Both the position numbers and the translations under genes were made by a program. The notes beneath the pieces are model-generated. The model saw only the letters and a program-made list of their open reading frames with translations, made no database searches and was not told the origin of the DNA. This document shows, piece after piece, positions 18,737 through 25,834 of a DNA stretch of 64,000 nt. This DNA comes from a virus. The stretch is taken from IMG/VR virus record IMGVR_UViG_3300030107_002332; one strand, given 5' to 3'. Positions within the stretch are counted from its first letter, which is position 1, and each line of letters begins with the position of its first letter.

Positions 18737-18766
18737 TTAAGCAGTTTAAAGTCATACTTAAGGACT
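18737..18766 (-). ncRNA. Candidate H-type pseudoknot RNA (abiF-RNA-like)
   Basis: Intergenic AGUC-CUUAAGUAU-GACU-UUAAAC-UGCUUAA: stem 1 AGUC/GACU; loop UUAAGUA pairs with downstream UGCUUAA. Confidence 0.45.
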
Positions 18767-18774
18767 ATAATTGG

Positions 18775-19092
18775 TTATCTTAAGTATAGATAACCACCTG
18801 CCCAGTCTGCTCGTTGAATACACTCATTAAATGAATTATCATCTAATAAGTTATACCTAACGTGACGTGCTGGTTTGTTATAACCTGCTGGTTTAAATAC
18901 ATCACCTGACTTAATGTCAACAAATGCATGTACACCACCTTTAACTTCAACAATTTTATAGTATTTGCGTCCTTCTTTGATATCGAAGTTAACGCAATCT
19001 GCTGTTGAGTTAGTATTATAATCCTGCTGCAATCTCTGTACTAATCTATGAGTTCTCTCATAAACTTTAGTAACAAATGGTGCTTTAGGCAT
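18775..19092 (-). CDS. Hypothetical early protein (105 aa)
   Basis: ORF track; EGRKYYKIV...VHAFVDIKSGDVFKPAG...RYNLLD, AGGYLY; AGGAG RBS. Confidence 0.8.
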   Translation of the reverse strand: MPKAPFVTKVYERTHRLVQRLQQDYNTNSTADCVNFDIKEGRKYYKIVEVKGGVHAFVDIKSGDVFKPAGYNKPARHVRYNLLDDNSFNECIQRADWAGGYLYLR

Positions 19093-19112
19093 GTAATACT
19101 CCTTATAAAATG

Positions 19113-19218
19113 TGTATGGAAGAGGTTCGATTTAAAGACTCTTTCCACCTGACCTATGCTAACTCGTTTACCGAGTCTAATTAAGATCAGGGATGGAGTC
19201 ACCCTTGCCTTCCATACA
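19113..19218 (-). ncRNA. Candidate structured RNA or 5-prime leader (about 105 nt)
   Basis: Perfect 10-bp closing stem TGTATGGAAG/CTTCCATACA, with nested stems GACTC/GAGTC, CCTGA/TCAGG and ACTCG/CGAGT; begins at the expected TSS of the 19222 promoter. Confidence 0.55.
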
Positions 19219-19221
19219 TGT

Positions 19222-19279
19222 ATTATAGCAATAAAAAACCCCCTGTAAAGGGGGTGTGTGTCAGTTTGTTGACTGTCCT
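19222..19279 (-). promoter_or_regulatory. Early promoter overlapping a terminator, with 22-bp box
   Basis: TTTACA (in the loop of hairpin CCCCC/GGGGG)-16 nt including a T6 tract-TATAAT; box at 19258-19279. Confidence 0.75.
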
Positions 19280-19703
19280 AGTTAAATGCTCTGTTGTATG
19301 AGGTTTTGATATAGTTAACAACAGTTGATGAATTCTCAACAACTAATTGATAACCTTTAACCAAATCCTTCCCTAATTCTTGTATCTCATACTCATGAAT
19401 TGCCCATCTGATTTTAACATCTTCAAGGTAATCTGCACGAGATAGTTTAGGTGAATTAGGACGAACTTTAACAGGTTGTTCACCTTTTGCTTCCACTTTT
19501 TTGTTTAACTCATTCATAACAACTGTTGCTGTAGATGGAGTATTTAGTGGAGTAACCTTTTTAGTGGGAGTATCAAGAACTTCTTGAATTTCCTTAATCA
19601 CTTTATCAACTTGTGCAGTTGATTTGGTTACTTTAGGTGAACTCTTACGAGTGCGAGTCTTACGAGGAGTTGTCTTCCTTGTTGTTGACTTAGCAACTGT
19701 CAT
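19278..19703 (-). CDS. Hypothetical protein with basic Thr/Lys-rich N-terminus (141 aa)
   Basis: Internal ATG (MTVAKSTTRK) of track ORF 19278..19751; it lies downstream of the 19732 promoter. Confidence 0.7.
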   Translation of the reverse strand: MTVAKSTTRKTTPRKTRTRKSSPKVTKSTAQVDKVIKEIQEVLDTPTKKVTPLNTPSTATVVMNELNKKVEAKGEQPVKVRPNSPKLSRADYLEDVKIRWAIHEYEIQELGKDLVKGYQLVVENSSTVVNYIKTSYNRAFN

Positions 19704-19731
19704 AAGTACGTTAATTCGTGTGTACCTCCAT

Positions 19732-19789
19732 ATTATACATGAAAAAAGCACCCGATCAAGGGTGCTTGTGACAGTTTCTTAACAGGTTG
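19732..19789 (-). promoter_or_regulatory. Early promoter overlapping a terminator, with partial box
   Basis: TTGATC in the loop of AGCACCC/GGGTGCT, T6 tract, TG-TATAAT; GTGACAG half-site at 19768. Confidence 0.7.
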
Positions 19790-19800
19790 TAATAATGATG

Positions 19801-20112
19801 CTAACTTGCCAAAAATGCATTAACATTGTTATCACTAACTAAATCCTCACAAAATTCTCTAAAACTCTCGTCATCTGCACCATCATAATCATAAACTTCT
19901 TGAAGAACTTCGTTGTCTGATTTATCATCAAGACCGTCTAATATGATGTCAAAGACTAACTGTTCTAAAGTTTTTGTGTCCATGTTATTAACAACTCTTT
20001 CAGCGTATGCCTCAGTAATGTTATTAAACTCTTGACGAGATAGTTTAACAAGTTTAAGGACGTTTTGTGATGCTGAAGTCATGTCGTTTGAACTCATTCT
20101 GTATGTACTCAT
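19801..20112 (-). CDS. Hypothetical early protein (103 aa)
   Basis: ORF track. Confidence 0.7.
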   Translation of the reverse strand: MSTYRMSSNDMTSASQNVLKLVKLSRQEFNNITEAYAERVVNNMDTKTLEQLVFDIILDGLDDKSDNEVLQEVYDYDGADDESFREFCEDLVSDNNVNAFLAS

Positions 20113-20114
20113 TT

Positions 20115-20172
20115 AATATACCATTGATTGAATCCAAATGGTATTTATGTGTGACACTAGGTATACTGTCAC
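20115..20172 (-). promoter_or_regulatory. Early promoter with the most symmetric 22-bp box
   Basis: -10 TATATT at 20115-20120; box at 20151-20172, GTGACA-N10-TGTCAC. Confidence 0.75.
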
Positions 20173-21101
20173 AGTAATTTACTTAAACTATCATTAGGTA
20201 ATCTATCCTGTATTAAGTTACCATATTCCTCATGTAATTCACACCCTAAGTAATACCTACCTAACTCTTTTGCAACCATAGCAGTAGTGCCACTACCCAT
20301 AAATGGGTCAAGAATAATATCATTTTTCTCACTCCCTGCTAATATACAAGGTGTTATTAATTCAGGTGGAAATACAGCGAAGTGACTACCTTTATAGGGT
20401 CTATTTGTTACTTTCCATACACTACGTTTGTTTCTCTTATCATAGACCATTTTGCGTGGTCTTGTTAAACCTGAGAACTGATTATCTGTGTCCTTAGTGT
20501 TATCCATGTTGATAGGTTTGTTACCACCCCAACGTTCACCTACTGCCTTCTCTTTAATACTTTCATGGTCATAATAGTAGTTCTTATTCTTACTTAAGAG
20601 GAACAAATACTCGTGTGATTTAGTACATCTATCCTTAACACTTTCTGGCATTGGATTAGGTTTATGCCATATTATATCCTGACGTAGATACCAACCATCA
20701 GATCTTAGTGCAAATGCTAACATCCAAGGGATGCCAATTAGATCCTTTTCTTTATATCCATCTAACTTATTTGCTCTCTTTGGTGTATACTCTGGTAGGT
20801 CTTGATTAGTCTTACTAACTGTTTGTTTAGGATACGATTTACCTGGTCTATAGTTATAATAACTATCACCAATATTCACCCATAATGTACCATCATCAGT
20901 TAGACAATCTCTCACTTTACTGAATACTTCCACAAGAGATTGTATGTATTCTTCAGGTGTATCTTCCTGTCCTATTTGTTTACTTTCGCCACCATAATCA
21001 CGCAGTCCGTAATAAGGTGGTGATGTAATACAACACCTTGCTTTATCAATAAATGCTGGTAATGTGTCTCTACAATCACCAAATAATATGGTATCTTTCA
21101 T
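20169..21101 (-). CDS. DNA methyltransferase, beta class (N4-cytosine or N6-adenine)
   Basis: ITSPPYY (motif IV) precedes ILDPFMGSGTT (motif I). Start placed at MKDTILFGDC, which overlaps the upstream TAA. Confidence 0.92.
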   Translation of the reverse strand: MKDTILFGDCRDTLPAFIDKARCCITSPPYYGLRDYGGESKQIGQEDTPEEYIQSLVEVFSKVRDCLTDDGTLWVNIGDSYYNYRPGKSYPKQTVSKTNQDLPEYTPKRANKLDGYKEKDLIGIPWMLAFALRSDGWYLRQDIIWHKPNPMPESVKDRCTKSHEYLFLLSKNKNYYYDHESIKEKAVGERWGGNKPINMDNTKDTDNQFSGLTRPRKMVYDKRNKRSVWKVTNRPYKGSHFAVFPPELITPCILAGSEKNDIILDPFMGSGTTAMVAKELGRYYLGCELHEEYGNLIQDRLPNDSLSKLL

Positions 21102-21247
21102 TAGTTTAGTACAACAATTAAACGAACAATCATGCCAATAACTAACAGATAGTATGACCACATTATGACCATACCTATCTTATTATGACGTGAACCTCTG
21201 ACGTATGGATGTACATTTAGGGATGTACTATTCCATCCATCTTGCAT
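21101..21247 (-). CDS. Small membrane peptide (48 aa)
   Basis: Hand-translated MQDGWNSTSLNVHPYVRGSRHNKIGMVIMWSYYLLVIGMIVRLIVVLN; single hydrophobic helix; TAATG coupling to the methyltransferase. Confidence 0.65.
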   Translation of the reverse strand: MQDGWNSTSLNVHPYVRGSRHNKIGMVIMWSYYLLVIGMIVRLIVVLN

Positions 21248-21266
21248 ATATTCTTTTGTATGTATT

Positions 21267-22517
21267 TTACGAGACATAAGATTTAGGGGGAATTCCTTCT
21301 ATAAAAATATATGATACCACAGATTGCAGTCTTTTGGCAATTCTCTCACCATATTTACCTGCTATTGGTACACATATTTGACCAAAAGATTTGGTGTATA
21401 ATTGATACTTACCTGCTGGTATTTTACCCTCTTCCATTAACTTTCTATCATCATTATGTACTCTAATTACTCTACCTATTGTCTGTGCCATTTCAATAGT
21501 AGGTAGATTTCTAAGCATAACTGAATGAGTTAAACCTGGAACATTTATACCCTCTGATAGTATAGAATAGTGGAAGATTATAAACTTCTTATTGTTATCT
21601 TTGCCCCATTTTGTAAGTGTTTCAAAGAACTCTTCCCTACCAACTTTCTTACCATTAATGATAGCACCATGCTTAGATGTTATGTGCATAATGTTATATT
21701 GCTCTGAATATAACCATGACCTAATATCAGTATGTGTGAGCATATTCCATAGAATTCTTGTTGTTGGTGCTGATACAAGTATCTTAGGTGCTTGACATTT
21801 AATGCTATTAATTATATCCTTTAAGTTATCACAATCTACCTCATGTGCGTTCTGTTTAGTTCTCTCTCTATCTGTAGGGAATGGTATTACTTTAGGTGGT
21901 AATATTGTACCACTGTTTATCAACTCCCATGCTTCAGTTTGCTCTAATACATTACCATATACTTGAGCATTATTCATACCACGTTCTGCACTAACATTAT
22001 TCTTAGATCTTGCAACTCTTGGAGTTGCAGTAAAGAAATAACGTGATATACCAGATGCAGCAACCCTCTTTATCTGTTGAAAGAAGTTCTTACCAGTACC
22101 ATTATGTGCTTCATCAAAATACATTCTATCAATATTAATATCACTATCTAACACTCTGTGTAGAGAATGATAGGTAGTAAATATTAACTTATGACCAATA
22201 GTATTATTGTGATATACACTTAACTCATGTGAATTAGTGGTACTAAAGTGATGAGTTTCACCACTATGTACATGTAATATCTTAACATTTTTAACAGTAG
22301 ATTCAAACTCACTAGATAACTGATTAGCAAGTAAGATACGAGGTGCTACTATAACAAATGTCTTGTAATTGCCTTCGGTTTGTGATACTATTCTATCACA
22401 ATCAGCAATCATAATGAATGTTTTGCCACCACCAGTAGGTATAATAATCTGACCAGACTTCTCTGTGGTCATCTTATCGTATGCCCTTAACTGGTGTGGT
22501 CTCAATGTGTCTTTCAA
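21267..22517 (-). CDS. Superfamily 2 (DEAH/ResIII-like) helicase
   Basis: LRPHQ, IPTGGGKT (Walker A), FDEAH, FTATP, SEGINVPGL, QTIGRVIR; TTG start. Confidence 0.9.
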   Translation of the reverse strand: MKDTLRPHQLRAYDKMTTEKSGQIIIPTGGGKTFIMIADCDRIVSQTEGNYKTFVIVAPRILLANQLSSEFESTVKNVKILHVHSGETHHFSTTNSHELSVYHNNTIGHKLIFTTYHSLHRVLDSDINIDRMYFDEAHNGTGKNFFQQIKRVAASGISRYFFTATPRVARSKNNVSAERGMNNAQVYGNVLEQTEAWELINSGTILPPKVIPFPTDRERTKQNAHEVDCDNLKDIINSIKCQAPKILVSAPTTRILWNMLTHTDIRSWLYSEQYNIMHITSKHGAIINGKKVGREEFFETLTKWGKDNNKKFIIFHYSILSEGINVPGLTHSVMLRNLPTIEMAQTIGRVIRVHNDDRKLMEEGKIPAGKYQLYTKSFGQICVPIAGKYGERIAKRLQSVVSYIFIEGIPPKSYVS

Positions 22518-22541
22518 AAGGCATCATTCTCAACTGATTAC

Positions 22542-22599
22542 ATCATAACATGAAAAAACCACCCCAGTGGGGTGGTTGTGACAGAAGATTAATTGTCTA
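22542..22599 (-). promoter_or_regulatory. Early promoter overlapping a terminator, with 22-bp box
   Basis: Hairpin AACCACCCC/GGGGTGGTT plus T-tract; -10 TATGAT; box at 22578-22599. Confidence 0.75.
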
Positions 22600-22770
22600 C
22601 CTTAAAAGATCTGAACATACCCTCCTACAACTTGTTTGTGAACTATCATCACAATCTATTAAACATTCAAAGTAATCGTCCATCAATTCGTCTGTATAAG
22701 AATACATTAGCGAATTGTCTTGATGTTTAGTATATGCTAATTGATTATGTGATATTAAACTGTTTGACAT
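22597..22770 (-). CDS. Small protein with CxxxC-x6-CxxxC motif (57 aa)
   Basis: Hand-translated MSNSLISHNQLA...DELMDDYFECLIDCDDSSQTSCRRVCSDLLR; AGGAGG RBS. Confidence 0.75.
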   Translation of the reverse strand: MSNSLISHNQLAYTKHQDNSLMYSYTDELMDDYFECLIDCDDSSQTSCRRVCSDLLR

Positions 22771-22911
22771 ACTTAACCTCCTGTTTGTTAACTTAGACTC
22801 ATAATATAGAGGAGTTTTCAGTGCATCTTGTTGCCTCTAATTCTCCCAACTATTTATTACTATATCAACACATTTATAATTGTTAGTTACAAAAATAAAT
22901 GCCTACTCCTT

Positions 22912-23094
22912 CTATGACATCCAGAGACCACGAATAGCATTTAGACCATACTGATCCTCAGCACGATTTAGTGCCTCTTCTTCACTCATACAGTCCTCAA
23001 TTAGAACCTCTTTGTTGTAACCATTGTCTCTTTCTAATAAGACTGACCAGTTACTACCAGTTTGAAATAAATTAAATAACATTTTTAACTCCAT
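22912..23094 (-). CDS. Hypothetical protein (60 aa)
   Basis: ORF track. Confidence 0.6.
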   Translation of the reverse strand: MELKMLFNLFQTGSNWSVLLERDNGYNKEVLIEDCMSEEEALNRAEDQYGLNAIRGLWMS

Positions 23095-23302
23095 TAGGAT
23101 TACGTCCCCTTCGATATATCTCCCAATTAGGATCTGTACCGTCAGGTGTTATATAAAACTTAACTCCTAAGTCATAGTTACAAACATACCATTGTAATCG
23201 TCTGTCGTTAATGTATACCCAAGGGCAACCCTCCAAACGATCTCTTAGGAATTGTCTTGCCCATTGTGACTTAGGAACTAATTTTATACGTTCTGCTGTC
23301 AT
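23072..23302 (-). CDS. Hypothetical protein (76 aa)
   Basis: ORF track. Confidence 0.65.
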   Translation of the reverse strand: MTAERIKLVPKSQWARQFLRDRLEGCPWVYINDRRLQWYVCNYDLGVKFYITPDGTDPNWEIYRRGRNPNGVKNVI

Positions 23303-23463
23303 TATATTGAATCAATAATGTCAGCAATTACATCATTTTCTGAACCTAAGAAATCAGATACCCAAGTATCTTCTTTCTCCTGATAATGGTCATGTTGTGT
23401 ATCATAAAATGATTTGTCATTAGGATCAAACTTAGTAGACCATAATGGTTCCTTAAATGTCAT
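23302..23463 (-). CDS. Hypothetical acidic protein (53 aa, MTFKEPLW...)
   Basis: Internal ATG of track ORF 23302..23580; avoids a long overlap with 23453..23641. Confidence 0.55.
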   Translation of the reverse strand: MTFKEPLWSTKFDPNDKSFYDTQHDHYQEKEDTWVSDFLGSENDVIADIIDSI

Positions 23464-23641
23464 AACCAAAACCTCCATTGGTTGCTTGTCGTGCTGATTC
23501 AATATCTTCCCTTGCTTTACGAAGAGATTTCTTGAGATGGTGTATCTCTTCCTCTTTGTAAAGAAATGGATCTTTTTCACTCGCTTTGAGTGCTTTTTTG
23601 ATTAAGTCAACTTGTGACTCAGGTGAGAAGAATTGTCTCAT
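23453..23641 (-). CDS. Hypothetical protein (62 aa)
   Basis: ORF track; ends in GGFG, a motif common in small cyanophage proteins. Confidence 0.65.
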   Translation of the reverse strand: MRQFFSPESQVDLIKKALKASEKDPFLYKEEEIHHLKKSLRKAREDIESARQATNGGFGYDI

Positions 23642-23653
23642 GGTCTTAATATA

Positions 23654-24295
23654 TCATGGATTTGGTAGTTTGCATGCTTTAGCGGACGCTTTGTCATCTG
23701 GCACAACCCAGAAGTTCCCTGATAGCGTCACTCTTTCATGGTCACTATTGTTGGGTGTGACGTAGTGAGGATAGAATGATGGGAATATAACTAAACTCCC
23801 TTGTCTTATCTTAGGTTCAATAGCAAATCCTGTAGGTAAATTAAATACATCTACAAGACCGCATGATTTATATAATGAATGAGAATTATTATAGAACTTA
23901 AAGTTACTCTTTTCTCCAGGAGTTAGAGTATGAAAGTATACCATGCTTAAGTTACATTGAGGAACTGCATGATCGTGATACTCTTGATGATCTCCTTTGT
24001 GATACTTATTAACCCATGCCTCTTGAGGTATGATTTCAATATCACATAATGGTTGTAACTCATCCATGAACTCATCAACTTGAGGTCTTAAACACTCCAA
24101 CCATTGTGTCCAAGGTGCTGACCCATTATTAGCATGTTGGAATGATGTTTGTACATTACAATTCCATCCAACTGCATCACTAAAGTTATCATCATTAGAA
24201 ATGAAAGGTTTAAATAACTCTTCAATTCTTTTTTGATATTCTTCATTCACATCTCCCACATAATACCATGCAGGAGCGAACATTTCAACACTCAT
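23654..24295 (-). CDS. 2OG-Fe(II) oxygenase (TIGR02466-like)
   Basis: WVNKYHKGDHQEYHDH, LSMVYF, GSLVIFPSFYPHYVTPN...RVTLSGN (HxH/D...H...R). Confidence 0.85.
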   Translation of the reverse strand: MSVEMFAPAWYYVGDVNEEYQKRIEELFKPFISNDDNFSDAVGWNCNVQTSFQHANNGSAPWTQWLECLRPQVDEFMDELQPLCDIEIIPQEAWVNKYHKGDHQEYHDHAVPQCNLSMVYFHTLTPGEKSNFKFYNNSHSLYKSCGLVDVFNLPTGFAIEPKIRQGSLVIFPSFYPHYVTPNNSDHERVTLSGNFWVVPDDKASAKACKLPNP

Positions 24296-24483
24296 TGTGA
24301 TAAACCTGTTTTTTTAATGATTTCTGATAATTGTGACATGACCTGTTGGTATGCCTCTACAGATAAAACTTTATCTTTTTTTGCTTTAATTTCTAACTCT
24401 TTAATATAACATAGCATGGCATCTTTCAAGACCTGTTTTTCAGGATCATCAAGTAATATACATGCTGGAAGTTCTATGTTCAT
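24292..24483 (-). CDS. Hypothetical protein (63 aa)
   Basis: ORF track; ATGA overlaps. Confidence 0.65.
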   Translation of the reverse strand: MNIELPACILLDDPEKQVLKDAMLCYIKELEIKAKKDKVLSVEAYQQVMSQLSEIIKKTGLSQ

Positions 24484-24674
24484 CTCCTCAATGATGGTAA
24501 GTATTCTAATACATGTTGACGAACTGCCATAAGTTCATTATAGCATTTCTGATTGTGTGCACAACCTCGCAAATGATGATCCGCCTTATGTACACTTTCA
24601 ATGTAAAGATCTAACCCCCGATTCCATTTAGCATCAGGAGTTTCATCTTCTCTAATTGTATTTTGGTCTTTCAT
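24480..24674 (-). CDS. Hypothetical protein (64 aa)
   Basis: ORF track; WNRGLDLYIESVHK...LRGCAHNQKCYNELM. Confidence 0.75.
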   Translation of the reverse strand: MKDQNTIREDETPDAKWNRGLDLYIESVHKADHHLRGCAHNQKCYNELMAVRQHVLEYLPSLRR

Positions 24675-24812
24675 TTATGACTGAGTTGTGTAGTCGATTT
24701 CAACACCATCAGCACTACCGTCATCAAATTCAATATCATCATAGTCATCATCATCCTCAAATATAGATTGAGGTAATGGTTTGATTGTTGGATCTAACTT
24801 AAGTTGTGCCAT
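24675..24812 (-). CDS. Small acidic protein (45 aa)
   Basis: Hand-translated MAQLKLDPTIKPLPQSIFEDDDDYDDIEFDDGSADGVEIDYTTQS. Confidence 0.6.
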   Translation of the reverse strand: MAQLKLDPTIKPLPQSIFEDDDDYDDIEFDDGSADGVEIDYTTQS

Positions 24813-24981
24813 AGTATTCCTCATTTTGGTACTTTTTCTTGTTAGTTTTAGATCTATATTTGTCTGAAGAATCTTCTCGAAATTCAGATCTATTTAAACC
24901 TCGTTGACGCTTATCTCGGAGTGATTTACCTGGTGAGGAATATCCTCGTTCAGCACCACCTCTTCTAAATGTCTTTCCCAT
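24799..24981 (-). CDS. Small basic hypothetical protein (60 aa)
   Basis: ORF track. Confidence 0.65.
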   Translation of the reverse strand: MGKTFRRGGAERGYSSPGKSLRDKRQRGLNRSEFREDSSDKYRSKTNKKKYQNEEYYGTT

Positions 24982-25029
24982 TGTTAGTTGTTTGAAACAA
25001 TAAACGACTATGTAATTTTATGTATGTTA

Positions 25030-25263
25030 TTAATCACTACTACGATAGATTGTATCTGTAGTGTTTGCTACCCTTTTAATAAGTTCTTCAGATTGAACTT
25101 GAGGTTGCTGTCTATTAACAACATTAATTTCTTCAAAACAAAACCCACACCCTGCTAAAAAATCTCCAACATGCTCAACAGCATCTTGAATGTATACAGA
25201 ATTAAAATGTTTGGTTGTTGTTACTCCATCTTCATCTATGGATTGTAAGTAAAAGGATGGCAT
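25030..25263 (-). CDS. Hypothetical protein (77 aa)
   Basis: ORF track; sigma70-like promoter upstream. Confidence 0.7.
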   Translation of the reverse strand: MPSFYLQSIDEDGVTTTKHFNSVYIQDAVEHVGDFLAGCGFCFEEINVVNRQQPQVQSEELIKRVANTTDTIYRSSD

Positions 25264-25286
25264 TATATTTGCTCAATTACCCTATG

Positions 25287-25315
25287 AGTATAACACATTA
25301 TTTTTGTATTGTCTA
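25287..25315 (-). promoter_or_regulatory. Sigma70-like promoter
   Basis: TAGACA-17 nt-TATACT; a GTGACAC half-box lies at 25322-25328. Confidence 0.55.
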
Positions 25316-25834
25316 TCCTATGTGACACTTTGGATCGTGCACATAGTTGAAGTTGATAACCATCCTAAACGGTTGATCGGTACATGTTGTGCCTGTATGC
25401 TTCATTCTATTATCAAATACTACAAATCTATTCTGTACTGACTCAACTATTGTACCATCCTCAAATTTAGTATATCCATTATTAGTATTCAAATAGAATA
25501 CTGCTGTCTTAATATAATCTAAGTGTACACCATCCTGTATATCATTATGAAATCCATGCTCTATTATATTCTCCGTAGGCATGTTAAGATTTGCTTTAAT
25601 TTTAATTAGTGCTACTGGTTGTATCTTCTGAAAGAATGGAAACAATAGTTCTAGGGTATCCATTGATAAGAAATGTCTCTCGTAAAATACATGTGATAAT
25701 TGTCTATTAGTAAGATAATTGTCCTCAGTATCATCAAGAACCTTAGTCATATTCCATTTAAACTCATGGTGCTTCATGTATGAGAATAGTTTCTGGAATA
25801 TCTCATCAGGTAAGAAGTTATCGTATATCTTCAT
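25313..25834 (-). CDS. 2OG-Fe(II) oxygenase-like protein, cassette copy B
   Basis: MKIYDNFL..., HGFHND, TAVFYLNTNNGYTKFEDG, KHTGTTC...RMVINFN; ATGA overlap with the U32 gene. Confidence 0.8.
   Translation of the reverse strand: MKIYDNFLPDEIFQKLFSYMKHHEFKWNMTKVLDDTEDNYLTNRQLSHVFYERHFLSMDTLELLFPFFQKIQPVALIKIKANLNMPTENIIEHGFHNDIQDGVHLDYIKTAVFYLNTNNGYTKFEDGTIVESVQNRFVVFDNRMKHTGTTCTDQPFRMVINFNYVHDPKCHIG

Noticed and set aside
19113-19218. tRNA (GGTTCGATT resembles a T-loop at 19124)
   Set aside because: No T-stem closure, D-arm, anticodon arm or acceptor stem geometry; the structure is a long nested hairpin.
20169-22517. Functional type III restriction-modification system
   Set aside because: The helicase is only 416 aa with no visible C-terminal nuclease motif, and the MTase is a short solitary beta-class enzyme.
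13818-22599. Repeated 22-bp boxes as a CRISPR or mini-array
   Set aside because: Copies are degenerate, hundreds to thousands of bp apart, and always at a fixed distance from a -10 element; no cas genes or spacer periodicity.
23464-23580. Long N-terminal extensions of track ORFs (23302..23580, 15654..15971, 19278..19751, 20169..21161, 25313..25870)
   Set aside because: The extensions overlap other genes or promoters; internal ATGs with an RBS or stop-start coupling fit better.
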